Shown piece by piece: positions 50,046 to 63,535 of a stretch of DNA of 64,000 nucleotides. The translations under genes were made by a program, and so were the position numbers. The stretch comes from Octopus vulgaris (Eukaryota), in NCBI GenBank assembly GCA_951406725.2, contig OX597815.1:136338001-136402000 (forward strand). The letters run 5' to 3'. Position 1 is the stretch's first letter. Each line of letters begins with the position of its first letter. The notes under the pieces are model-generated. The model searched no databases. It saw only the letters and a program-made list of their open reading frames with translations, and was not told where the DNA came from.

Positions 50046-51549
50046 TAAATTTATTTTGGTCAGTGCATTTTCAGCATATGTATATTAGCAATTATTTCTC
50101 GTCCTTGTTGTAGAGAACAACTAGTGCAAATTTTTATTGATAATCACTGAATTAATGTTAGTGCATCATTGTTTTATGAATCAGTAATCTGGTAATGTTC
50201 CGAAGCATATTCTGCCAACGAAAATTCGTAGGCTACTAACATACACACCAAATGTTGGCAGGTGACAGAATATCAAGACCTAATGCACCTGGTTACTCTA
50301 AATTCCTTACAGCAGTACACTTTTTCATGACTCGCATCATAAATATGACAACTTTTGTTTCCCGTTTGTTTTTGTCTGCTGCAATATACGTTATATTTGT
50401 AGCCGTCTTACTCGCTCCCGAATGCACTGCACCATACATGTTACGTTTTTCAATTTCTTGCAGTCAAATAATGACTTACAATGTAACATCATGGAAAGCG
50501 GGCGTTTACCCGCTTCATTTCCTTCACAATCAACGTTGAAGATAGCTGTACTTTTACAGGAACACAATACAGTTCAGTTTCTGCAAACCATTGTGGAAAG
50601 CCGCCTCGATTTTAGAGGAAATGGCATACACAGTTTCTCTTTCATTCTGCTCTCGTTAATTAATTGTATTTCATACTCTTTCTATCGTTTTAAGAATATC
50701 AAGAATATTAGTAAAAAGCCGTATCAATAAAACTCCACCTTAAACTACTCACACTGTGCAGTTGACTATGCAACCACTCTGCGTCTCGTCCTTTCTTCAA
50801 TGTCAATATCCATCTTTGCACCATTTAAGGGTACTGCGTGTATAGAGCAGACCTTGTTGTCTATTCCATGATAAATGGAAACGACTACCTTCCTATTTCA
50901 ATTTGTTAACGTGACTACGCATTCTGGACAGGCTGCGGTATGTAGTTTTTAAAGTTTAGCATGCAGTCAACTTTTGAGCGAAAGGCAAGTCTCTTATGAC
51001 GATGTCATTTATAAAAGCAAACCACACTGGTGGCAATAGTATCCAGTGTATTTCCAACAAAACTCCCTTTAGATAATTTCTTGCCTCTCACAATAACACT
51101 TCTATGGCCATCAAAGAGTGGAGTAGAGAAACTGTATCTTATTATGAAGGCTGTATCTAGTGACTGTCATTCGTCACGAACTTTTCAAGGTATATTACAC
51201 AAAGACGAACGTATGATATCTAAAATTCTTTCACACAATTTGGAATGAAAATAATTGAACTCTTTGTCAGTCTGTACATAGGGAACAGATGCATATGCAA
51301 TCGATATATTTAGAGGACAATTAGGTGGGGTATCTTTCCGAGTGTCGCAATGTATACATGTACTCCGTAAATATTTATTTTTCTTTATTACAATAAGTTC
51401 TATATAGTTTTCTTTTAAATATTATTTGCACTAGAAGCATAATCCCGAGTCATTACTTGAAAAAACAAATCAACGAGAAACCAGATAATATTGATATTCA
51501 TTCTTTAATACAGCAGTGATTGTGTTAGGAAGTTCCCTTCTGTTTCTAC

Positions 51550-53640
51550 TCACTTTAAAAGCAATGGAAATTTGTTGCATCTGTTGTTCACTTGAAAAAT
51601 ATTTCCATTAAAAATATTATATTATCTAAGCCTAGCTGTACAAAGGCCTACAAAAGTTTTCTTTTCGTTGTTGTCAAAACATCTGAACCTAAACTAGGGT
51701 CCCTTAGAGCAGATTTGTGTTCATAATTGCTCCCAACATTTGAAAGCTCTCCAGCATGGTGTTAACTGTCGACTATTTCAGCATAGTTGGCTGTTTTCTT
51801 GTTACTCAGAGTCATTTAAAACTATTACAAATAAATTTCACGCTGCTACTTCAATGAATTTAATTGTCTTTGTAAGTTCCCATCTTCCATAAATTTCCTG
51901 ACTTAAGGCCCATGAAAAACCATCAAATACCATCAAATACCACCAAGTATCATCTTTTCATCTATTCATCAGGCTGGAAAATATACTGTGGCTATAGTAA
52001 AAGCATAGTCCGGACAGGAGACAAACACAGAAGGTCCCTTATTCTTCAACAGTTATCAACCAATTGCTAATACACAGTTTTGTACCTTTAGTAAGACTGA
52101 GAGCTTCATAATTGGCGGCGCCCGCAAAAAACTCTTTTGCGGAGAATTCATGGCCGAGGGCATTTCTTCAAATGAGCTGGCAAGTTTGAGATATGAATTG
52201 AGATTTAGAACATTAACTAAACATTATCTTATTTACAAATGACAATCAGTCATGTAGTCTAAAGAACTGTAAGGATAACTCTGCCGATGTATATTATAGA
52301 TGTGAGTCATTATAAAGGAAGAAAAGTTGCAATGGTTATTTCTTTAAATAACACAGTAACTAGAAAACGGTGGAGAAATTATAATTTCAAAGCAAACAAA
52401 ATACCACCAGCGGATACTTTGCAACATAAAACAAACCACTCCATTTATACTTTTTGTCTATATACCTATATAGCAGACTTTCTGTCACTCTCTCTTTGCA
52501 TTCCTGCAGGCATTCTCCTTTTATTCCCTCTCTCTGTCTCTCTTCCTCCCTTTCCTTGCTGTCATTCTCCTCTGCCTGTTACTGTTATGTGACTCACCTA
52601 CACTGGTCCTGAGCTGACCAGTCACAAATTCTTTGTCTCTCTTTCCTTTAGGACTTTTTCTAAGCGTTACCTACTATCAAACTGCTTAATAATGCCAAGT
52701 TTTATATCGATTGTAAGTGCAATAATTTTTCTCAGTTGAAATAAAGACTCTTCAACCACAATAAAAGACCCAGGAGCTGGTGTTCGCTGCGTCTGTTTTT
52801 AGATAACCCAATTTTTTCCCTGGTTCTGTTGTCTCACATACATAAAAAGCATTGATATTTGGTGGAACCACTTTGTTGCCAAAAGAAACGGTGACCATCT
52901 TAAAGTCTACGAATATATACTACTGTTGATTGTGGTGCTTAATCTTCACTTGCGCTTCTTTAACAACTTCGTATTTATCTGCTAGTCTTGTAGACTGAGG
53001 AATTGGAACAGATAACAATATATTTCAATTATAAAGCTGAACATAAATCAAATCAATATTCTGCTAATCACTTTCATCATACTCTGCTAATGTCATATCC
53101 TCCGAAGCAGTCACTCAATGTTTATGCAATACAATAACACATCATTTTTCTATGAAGAAACGGAAGATATTCAACATGTCTAGTGAGCCAATCGTGTCTA
53201 GTGAACCTTCTTTAAGAAGGCTTTTTACCTTTATGTGAGACGGAAGGACTTCTGCAGATTCCTTTGATAAGCTTAAGAACCTTACCAAGTCACTGAGTTC
53301 ATCTTTCCAATTAGCTGTAGGTCTGACTGGTAAGTAAATAACCTGAAATATTTTCTGCTGCAACTTACCAATTGTGTCAACCTTCGCGATAGCAACAACA
53401 AAACTAACAGGGACATTGTAATGCTTTGGCACGGGGCCCTAAACTTTTACGAAATGTGACAATGTTTCGTCATGTTAGTCATTTAATTCATCACTATTTG
53501 AGAAATAAGATCGTCTTAACTTTACATCGGACAATGCTTACAGGTACACGTAAAATATCACTTCAGCATGTACAAATCCCTTTCTTGAAGATGAGCTGCC
53601 GTATAGAAATAATGTGAAAACCAAACGAGACAGAATTTGA
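51550..53640 (-). mobile_element. Decayed Sola1-like transposase, interrupted by an insertion at 52010-52680
   Basis: ELSDLVRFLSLSKESAEVL (~53290) is followed downstream by FHGP*VRKFMED, SNKKTANYAEIV and MLESFQMLG (51910-51720). These match ELNDLVRDL / GIFVGPQIR / FLGNxKxxNY / MLxxFxxLG in order. The family name is from motif recall. Confidence 0.6.
52010..52680. repeat. Unclassified repeat E, copy 1 (rearranged)
   Basis: 52161-52676 is a direct match to 54572-55090. 52010-52150 is the reverse complement of 55193-55325. Confidence 0.85.
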
Positions 53641-54571
53641 ATTCAAAAGCCTGCTATTATGATAATCATTTATCCATGGAAGTGCTTGGATCTATGAAAC
53701 CCAGTCCTTACAACACTTGTGCTGAATCTAATTACCGCACAGGAAAAAAAAAAACAATATTAGGATTAGTGGAATTTGATTTCAAGTCTACTAAATAGAA
53801 ACTTTTGACTGTAAAGGAATTATTTCGTAGCAGAACTGTTTCTACCAATAAAAACAACAGCAACACAGGCAATATTGACCTACAGTATAACTATACAATG
53901 TATCCCATCACGTTATGTGACTTATTATGAAACCTGAGTATTGCAGTCTCTAAAATCATTGGCAATGAAACCGTTTAAAATTTGCATCATGCTACATGCA
54001 AGATACCAGTTGATGGTATGGCGATAACTAACATCTCGAGCAATAATTACATTTACTATTGCAACCTAACACTGTTTTTGCAAGAAGTTAATTTTTAACA
54101 TGTCGTATGTCTATATGAAGCCCGTTACAGCATATGTGCGTGTTTTTGTGTGAATAAATTTGTATCTATCTTAACGCGAATAGATAAGGAAGTTAATGTC
54201 ATAGTGTCAGCTGAAATTATGTGTGTATCAATGTCATTCTGGACCTGCGTGCTGGATAAACTTAGTTTACCGTAGTTGATTATTTAGTTAGTAAGAAACA
54301 ACATCGCTGTTGATTGGTTCCTTCTTAAAAGTTTGCAGCAGAGAATTTATGTCATAATTCATACGGAGATGTCACGATATATGCTGCACTTGGTAGCCAT
54401 GATTGACAATGTTATTGGTTTTGATATATTGTTTGACTAGGAAGAAACATCGATCGAATAAGAATATCCTAAACATAGTTAAAGACAAATACGTGAAGAA
54501 GCTTGATCATGTTGGTTACTCACACATCGACATAATGAGTACCATATAATAATATACAGAGATTCGTAAAG

Positions 54572-55325
54572 ATTTCTTCAAATGAGCTGACAAGTTTTAG
54601 ATATGAATTTAAAACTTTAACATATGAATTTAAAACTGTAAACATTATTTTATTTACAAATGACAATCAGTCATTTCGTCTGAAGAACTGTAAGGATAAC
54701 TCTGCCGATGTATATTATAGATGTGTGTCATTAAAAAGAAAGAGAAATTTCAGTGGTTATTTCTTTAAATAACACAGTAACTAGAAAACGGTGGAGAAAT
54801 TATAATTTCAAAGCAACCAAAATACCAACAGCGTATATTTGCAACATAAAACAAACCACTCCATTTATACTTTGTCCATATACCTATATAGCAGACTTTC
54901 TGTCTCTCTCTCTCTCTTTGCACATCTGCAGGCATTCCCTTTTTATTCCCTCTCTCTTTCTCTCTTCCTCCCTTTTCCTTGCTGTCATTCTCCTCTGCCT
55001 GTTGACCCACCTACACTTGTCCAGATCTGATCAGTTGCAGATTCTTTGGCTTTCCTTCATTTAGGACTTTTTCTAAGCGTTACCTACTATTCTTATCTTC
55101 TTTGTCCTAACGCTATATTTTGCTCGACTTTGTCCACCGACCTAAATTACACTCTGTGTCATTTTGATTTGTTATGTCTGCTCTCGACGCTCAATTCTCC
55201 GCAAAAAGAATTTTTTGCGGGCGCCGCCAATTATAAAGCTCTGTCTTATAAAAGGTACAAAACTATGTATTAGCAATTGGTTGATAACAGGATTAGGGAC
55301 CTTCTGTGTTTGTCTCCCGTCCGGT
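54572..55325. repeat. Unclassified repeat E, copy 2
   Basis: See copy 1. It contains the hairpin CCGCAAAAAGAATTTTTTGCGG. Confidence 0.85.
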
Positions 55326-55399
55326 TTTACACTCAGTATGTGCTATATCGTATGGTATGTTATTTACCATACATTTTTCATATATATATATATATATAC

Positions 55400-56017
55400 C
55401 CCAACCCCCAGCCGACCCACACCCCATATGGGCTTTCCCCACTCTCGCCTCCCCCCACCTTCCCACAACATCACACCACACTACACTAAACCATACGACG
55501 TTACACATCACATCACAAATCACCACCCACAGCACACCGCCCACACACCCATCCCCACATCTTTACACTACACATACATACACATATCATATCACAACAC
55601 ACCACCCACACACCCATCCCCATATCTCCACACCCACACATACATACATACATACATACACACGTCCAGACCACCCGCCCTCTTTCACACGCACATACAT
55701 ACTCTCTTATACACACGCGCACCTTTGTGTTGGGGCGAAGTCACTTGACCCTTTTATCTCCCCTACTATCCCTCTAGCGTCTAACGTCTGACCTCTGCCC
55801 TCTGACTTCTGCCTGAAGTCAGTACGCCATAATGGACGATTAGCTCCTACAGGTATTTTTTCTCTCCTTGTTTCTTTTCTGTGTATCTTTCTGTAGAAGA
55901 GCGTAGGCTCGAGACGTAAAAGGCTTGTTCTATTTCTATTACTGAGCGCCATACTAATACATTTGTTTGTACTCCACCTGGCTTCGTCTTTTGTTTATTT
56001 TCGTAAACCTTCCCGTT
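55400..56017 (+). mobile_element. Probable Penelope-like 3' pseudo-LTR remnant in (AT)n with degenerate hammerhead
   Basis: A CA-rich tract precedes CUUU-CUGUAGAA-GAGC(GUAG)GCUC-GAGACGU-A-AAAG at 55887-55922. Flanked by (AT)n. Confidence 0.5.
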
Positions 56018-57050
56018 ATATATATATATATATACATACATATACGTGTCTGTATATATATAGATATATATATATACACATACATACATACATACATAGA
56101 CAAACAGATAGATAGTTAGATACAGAGATATGTACGTATGCAATAGATGTACGTATGTACGAATATCGCATGAAAACACGTACCCTGCGTTATTTTAACC
56201 ATTTTAGTTGCAGTGGATTCAAATTCTTCCTCAAAAGCATTAGAGCAAGCACCAAACGAAGCTGATTCTAGGCCTACTTGATTTATGTACTAAAATCAAA
56301 TAATAAATATTAATTTTCTTAATTGGATATTTGGTACTCAGAAGCATTCTTATCAATCAATATGCATCACTGCGTTCTATTTCATTCATTTTGACCAAAC
56401 TTAGAATTAACTGTCGCGCAACTTGTTTATTCTGTAAACGAATAATGAATATTCATAGTTCGAACACTATTCTAGAGTAAAAACAAATGAGTTTCGGCAA
56501 AATAACATTGTAATTGATAAAAGGAATGCACCAGCATTTTGCTGTGACACACTCAATGACTGCCACTGCGCTGATTACTAAATTGCAGATTCCTAATTTG
56601 AATAATGAAAGAGAAAACTTGCCTGTAAGAGCAAGAAAATATCTGTAAACAAATCATAAATACATAAATATTATTGAGTATTTGGTATTACTTTGGTAAC
56701 AGATAATATGCATGCCAGGAAATTCTAAAGAACAATTTAGCTTCAAGAACCCAGTACTATCGGGAGTGAAAGATGATGCTCATATACTTCGTTGATTAAA
56801 TTAATCTCGTACAGATAGACCCCTGTGCCACCACGATCACACGCTTCACACCTTCCTTCCAAGCATTGCTGTAAACAGCGAAAGTAAGCTAGAACTTTAC
56901 AACTTAGTGCACATACACAACAATGTTCAAGATCAATCTGTGCCAAGAAACTTCACTCTACATGCTTTAGCTTCGTTACTATGGCAAGAGTTCGGATACT
57001 TATTGATCAGACCTCGTATAAACACCTGTCTAAAGAATACAAGCATAACC

Positions 57051-57416
57051 TATGGAAGCACTCCGTCGGTTACGACGATGAGGGTTCTGGTTGATCCGAA
57101 TCAACGGAACAGCCTGCTCGTGAAATTAATGTGTAAGTGGCTGAGCACTCCACAGACACGTGTACCCTTAACGTAGTTCTCGGGGATATTCAGCGTGACA
57201 CAGACAGTGACAAGGCCGGCCCTTTGAAATACAGGTACAACAGAAACAGGAAGTAAGAGTGAGAGAAAGTTGTGGTAAAAGAGTACAGCAGGGATCACCA
57301 GCATCCCTGCCGGAGCCTCGTGGAGCTTTAGGTGTTTTCGCTCAATAAACACTCACAACGCCCGGTCTGGGAATCGAAACCGCGATCCTATGACCGCTGG
57401 GCCATTGCGCCTCCAC
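57051..57416 (-). mobile_element. tRNA-derived SINE (same family as 2025-2403) with 13-bp TSD
   Basis: Reverse-complement match. TACAAGCATAACC occurs at 57038-57050 and 57417-57429. There is a ~20-bp deletion in the tRNA head. Confidence 0.93.
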
Positions 57417-57801
57417 TACAAGCATAACCAAGTGGTTACTAAACCATTCTCAAAATAACTAAGCGTATTCTTCGTACCACAAACCTTGTGAAAGTATTTC
57501 TACTGTAATTTCTGTTATAACCAATGAGTGCTGACATAAAAGAAACATCACTCATGGATACTCTGTTCAACGCCGTCGTGTATACACAATGTATTTGTGT
57601 TCGAAGCACCGACATAATTCCAGCACACAAATAGATGACACCCCTGACACACACATACTCACACCCACGCACACACACACACAAGCACGTATACATAGAC
57701 ACACATATATACATATATATATAATAATGGATAATAAAACGAATGGTTTACACCTGGTAGCTTACTTCCACCTTTCATTTACCATATAAATAAATAAATA
57801 A

Positions 57802-57839
<38 letters not shown>

Positions 57840-58587
57840 TCACCCAAACCCATACCCCACCCTCGCATCCCCATACCCCACTCTCACATCCTCCAACCCC
57901 AATACCGCCACATCACACATCACCACACCACACACCACTACACCACATCACACTGCACCATACCACAACACCCCCCACACACACACACACTAGCACATCC
58001 ATTTTCCATGCTCGCATGGACTGGATGATTCGACAGGATATGGTGAGCAGGGTTGCATCAAGCGCCTGTGTCAGCTTTGGCGTAGTTTCTACAGCTGGAT
58101 GCTTTTCCTAACACCAACCACCATACACAGTGTACTGGTTGCTTTTCTCATGCCACTGGTACTAGTGAGGCCACCAATAACTTGCAAGACAGGAAAGAAA
58201 AAACGAGAAAAAGAAATGAAAGAAGCCCACCTCAACAACCTGTTTTAATATTTTATAGATAGTATTATCTACCCACCTGCTTACACTCCCACCAAAATGA
58301 TTATTATGGAGTAAGGATATCATAATAACCACTAAAAGCATTTATTGACAATTAGCATAGTCTTTACTCTTCATATATTTGAAGTTTACTCGAGCAACAG
58401 TAGCACTCAGAATTAACAATAAATTGAAGGTCATTTAGTAATCATCAAGTTGATGATTGCTAAACGTCAATTAGCTATCTTAGCAACAACAGATACATCA
58501 AGATACTGAGAGAATATATAACAAAACAAAAGAGGAAGAGAGACGAAAAGAAATCTCTCACAACAATACTGGATACATCTCAGTGAT

Positions 58588-58673
<86 letters not shown>

Positions 58674-58674
<1 letters not shown>

Positions 58675-61600
58675 TCTTGTTAGGTAAACATAAATATCTC
58701 CAATTCTGTGTGAACATTTACATTTAGTCGTCTCTCATGACTATAAGAATGTGTAAAATTGCCTTTTAAATTACCTTTTATTGTAACAACACAATTAAAT
58801 GCACGATAAAAAGTTATGGAATTAAGCACCTACTACTATATACATACAACTGAATTCAGAAATTTAAAAATATATACATAACATTGAACTCAGAAAGTTA
58901 TTTAAAAAAAGAAAAAAAATCTTCGACGAAAACATCAGATAATATGTGTGAGTGAATATACATATATATACATATACATATGCATGTGGTGAAGAAGAAA
59001 AGAGAAAGGAAAAAAAATAAATAATAAATAAATAAATAAATAAACGTAAACAGGTTTGACCTTTTACTGACCATTAACGTCCTTTGTCTCCATCTACCGT
59101 GGCTATTTATAGACCCAAAGAACATGAATTCTTTAACCACCCATTCTCCAACACAATGGAGTGTTGATGGTGGCTGTGGCTACACATAAAACAATGTCAT
59201 TGAAGATGATGATGGTGATGGTGATGTTGCTGATGATGGTGATGGTGGTGAAGATGATAGTAATAACAATAATAACTGACAGATCCCGTCTTTTTCCCTT
59301 TCTTTTCGTTTCCTTCTCCGTATTTTATTCTCATTATTTCGAACTAATACAGACACAGTAAGCCTTGAAGAAAGGAAGAGGAGGAAAGGAAAAAAAAAAA
59401 AAAAAAAATGTCCGGAGATAAAACTATCAACAAAAAAAATACAGACGAATATAGATCTGCTAGTCTTAAGAAGCGGCGCTATGAGCAATGCTTACACGTA
59501 GTGAACCCTAAACTGACAGATCCATCTCCTAATATAAGAATGGATGCTCGTCATGCTTCAAGGTCAACAAATCAAACAATAAACCGCATTGGTCATTGCG
59601 CGGATTACAAAAGACCACGTACCCGAAAATTGAACCAAATCCTGATTGAAAAATCAGTTACTGGATCAAATCTTCCCAACACACAGGAGCTGGACGAACC
59701 CCACAACCGGAATATTCCAACAGATGGCCATCCATGCTCATCACCAAATAATCAAAAGAAAAAGAAGGAAAAATGGTCTAGGGAAGATAATAAAGAAGTT
59801 CTTGAGGCCTTCTACCATGCCATATATTTCCCCACAGATAAGTCTAGCACTGTACAAGCATACTTAAACTGGAGACAGAAACACCCTGAAGTAAGACCCT
59901 ACATAGACAGTAACAAGCTTGCCAATGTTAGAAGAAACATTATAAAAAAGAAATTACTGACTGAAGTAGAGATTGATCAGGTTAGACAAGCAATATCGGA
60001 TAAAATGAACGAAGCTGCAGCTAGAGAAGATAATACAGAGGAAATGATTATAGACCAGCCCAGGGCGGATAAAAACGAAGAGAGGATTGAAAGAGTTAGT
60101 ATAAGTGATAGGCAAAGTGAAATACGCCCTGAACCAATCATAAACACTAAGACAGATGAGCATCAAATAGATAAAGAAAGTCACACAAATATTGACCCAA
60201 CAGAACTACATGAGCTAAAAAATCAAATCATGATTGAATGGCTGAAAATTAAAGAAACCAGCATGGATGAGCGTGATACACTTCCTAAAATCCGCAACTC
60301 TAACCAAAACATGAAAATAATTGGTAAAATCCGGCTTGCACTTAAGGATATAATTTCAGTTAATGATGTTGATATCACAAACCTCAACCACCTATACTAT
60401 GCATCCGCGAAAATCTCAACGATCCTATGTGGTGTAAAGATTAGAAAACGGCAACAGTCCCACAAAAAGCCTTCTTGGCAAGAGCGTCTGCAACAACAAA
60501 TTAAAATATTTAGATCTGACATTGAATATTTGAAAAACCTTAAGGCTCACAAGATTACCAAACCTACAAAAACCCAAAAATTACTGAAAAAATACAATAT
60601 GAAAACTATACTTGATATTGATGCCACCATAGAAACCATCAAACAAAAGGTATCTGCCAAAGCTGCCCGCATAGCGAGGTATGAAAAGCGTGTTAGATTT
60701 TTCAAGGACAACAACATGTTCAAAAATAACACCAAGAATTTTTACAGGAAGATAGGAAAAACAGCGTTTACTGCAGGGTCTGTACCATCAAAAGAAGAAG
60801 TGCAGAGATTTTGGAATAAAATCTGGGCAGAAGAAAAAACACACAACGAAAAGGCCCCCTGGATTGACAGAATATCTACAGAACTGGACCCCTTAGAAGA
60901 GCAAAAGTGGGAGGGTGTCAAGGTAGAAGATATAAGATCTGCTCTCAGGAGGTCAAGCAAATGGAAGTCTCCAGGAAAGGATAAAATTCCTAACTTCTGG
61001 CTGAATGCCTTCCCAGAGAGCCATGAACTGCTAACAGAACTGTACAATGATGTTTTGCAACACCCTAGTAGGATGCCTCCTTGGCTAGTTAATGGGTTAA
61101 CATTCCTGCTTCCAAAAAGTGAAGAAACAAATGAACCAAAAAACTATAGACCCATAACCTGCTTAACAACTATGTATAAAACGCTAACATCTGTCTTGAC
61201 GGAATATACTTATAGTTTTTTAACAGATAGCAGCATATTCCCTAATGAACAGAAAGGATGTAAACGTGGATCCTACGGCTGTAAAGACCAACTACTCATC
61301 AATAAGATGATCTTAGAAGATTGTCACAAACGACACAAAAACTTATCAATAGCCTGGATAGACTATAAAAAGGCTTTTGATAGCCTACCACATAGCTGGA
61401 TTAGAAAATGCCTTGAAATGTATAAGATAGCACCAACTCTGCGAAACTTCTTGACTGTAAGTATGAGATCATGGAGAACCACACTAACTCTGAACAGTGA
61501 CAGTGAATTCCTAAATGCTGGTGATGTAAAAATTTCGTGTGGCATTTTCCAGGGTGACTCACTGTCACCACTCCTCTTTTGTTTATCCTTAATACCTCTC

Positions 61601-63253
61601 TCAAAGCTGCTCAATGACGCGCAGTACGGGTATAAAATGTTTGATAAAAATATAAATCATCTCGTTTACATGGATGATTTAAAGCTTTTTGCAAAAAATG
61701 ATCAACAACTCAAGGGCTTACTAGCGATAGTCAAACAATTCAGTGACGACATCAGAATGCAATTCGGCCTCGATAAATGTGCAAAGGCTACCTTTATCAA
61801 AGGAAAAATGACAGAAACATCTAACGTTAACCTTGACCAACAGAATGTCATAAAAGAACTAGACCCAGCGGAGAGCTACAAGTACCTAGGGATAATTGAA
61901 GGGAACGGAATAAGGCATTCAGAGATGAAGGAAAGGATCAGGAGAGAATGCTATCGAAGAGTGAGAGCAATACTCAAGACAGAGCTGAATGCAAGAAACA
62001 GGATCGAAGCAATCAATGCATTAGCTATACCAGTCGTGACTTACAGTTTCAATATTGTTAACTGGTCAATTACTGAAATATGTCAGCTCGACAGAAAAAT
62101 AAGGAAACTGTTGACAATGCATAGAATGCACCACCCTAAGGCAGATACAGAACGACTCTATCTGCCAAGAAAAGAGGAGGCCGTGGTCTTTTGCAACTGG
62201 CAATAACAATGAAGATTGCTACAATTGGCCTAGACACCTACCTGAAAAACTCTGAGGACTGGATGCTAAAACTTGTCTCAAAACATGAAAACAAGAAAGC
62301 ATCATACTCAGTCACAAAACAGGCAAAGGAATATCTAAGTGAATTCCGAATACAACCAATTTCGGAGATAGATATACAAGAAACAAGCACAGAAAAAGCT
62401 AGGCGCATGAAAAGCCGTGCCAAAACTGCGGCCTTAGATATTCTGAATAATAAATGGCAAGAAAAACCTCTCTATGGCAAATACCCAAAGAGAGCGAATA
62501 ATGCAGATATCGACAAAGCCCTAACCCATCAATGGCTAATGGCCTCTGGCTTAAAATCTGAAACAGAGGGGTTTATCATAGCAGCTCAAGATCAATGCCT
62601 ACCAACAAGAAACTACCAGGCCAACATATTAAAGATCAGAAGCAGTCCAACGTGTCGTGTATGCAAGCAACAAAATGAAACCATTGACCATGTGGTCTCC
62701 AAGTGCAGTCTTCTAGCGCCTACAGAGTATCTCAACAGGCACGATAGAGCTGCACAATATATTCACTGGGTAATCTGTAAAAACCTGGATTTGCCCCATG
62801 AAAAAAACTGGTGGGAACACAAACCACCCCCAGTGCTTGAAAATGACCACATCTCACTCCTCTGGAACTTCACCATTCAAACTGACAGGAAGATAGATGC
62901 AAATAGGCCAGACATCATATTGAAAAACTTCAAACAAAGAACATGCCTCCTCATTGATATGACTGTCCCAATCGATATAAACGTATCTGTCAAGACCTAC
63001 CAAAAACTGAGCAAATATAAAGATCTTGAAATAGAAATCAGCAAAATGTGGAAGCTGAAGACTAAAACAATACCTGTTGTCATAGGTGCCCTGGGAATGA
63101 TAGCAAAAGGGGCTGATAGCTACCTAACTCAGATACCAGGAAACCCAAAAATGGCAGAAGTTCAAAAGATAGTGCTCATGGGAACTGCTCATATCCTACG
63201 CAAAATACTCTCTATGTAATCTCAAGGTTTAAAACAAACATAATTTTCGGTTT

Positions 63254-63284
<31 letters not shown>

Positions 63285-63449
63285 TTTTTTTTTCTTTTTA
63301 GACATTCATTAGTACAACATCCCCACCCCCCAAATATATGGCACACTAGGCATAACAACAACATGAACTTCCAACCCTGTTGTCTCTTGAGGTCTCTGGG
63401 TGAGACTTGGAGCCAACTTGTACAAATATAAAGCAAAAGTCAAACATAG
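58674..63449 (+). mobile_element. R4/Dong family A, copy 2 (near-intact; ~200 nt shorter at the 5' end)
   Basis: Collinear with 9812-14552. (AAT)n lies on both sides. Confidence 0.97.
59408..63219 (+). pseudogene. R4/Dong polyprotein (N-terminal KWSREDN domain, RT, CCHC, RLE endonuclease); ~1270 aa if a single 1-bp deletion near 62175 is repaired
   Basis: ORFs 59408-62206 and 62191-63219 carry YMDD, CRVCKQQNETIDHVVSKC, RHDR and RPDIILKN..LID..K..KY. Copy 1 has GAGGGAGG where this copy has GAGGAGG. Confidence 0.93.
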
Positions 63450-63471
63450 AATAATAATAATAATAATAATG

Positions 63472-63535
<64 letters not shown>

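Noticed and set aside
54675-54810. Hammerhead in repeat E (CUGAAGA at ~54680)
   Set aside because: No correctly placed stem II-GAAA-stem III, and the other copy reads CTAAAGA.
52161-55090. LTR retrotransposon with ~520-bp LTRs
   Set aside because: No TG..CA ends, PBS, PPT or gag/pol are seen. The interior is part of a DNA-transposase relic that continues outside the left repeat.
55164-55791. His/Thr/Pro-rich protein ORFs
   Set aside because: Low-complexity CA-rich repeat sequence that is open in several frames. A similar tract occurs at 57840-57990.
62160-62206. Programmed ribosomal frameshift in the Dong ORF
   Set aside because: The sister copy is in frame here (one extra G) and R4/Dong elements have a single ORF, so this is a mutation or assembly error.
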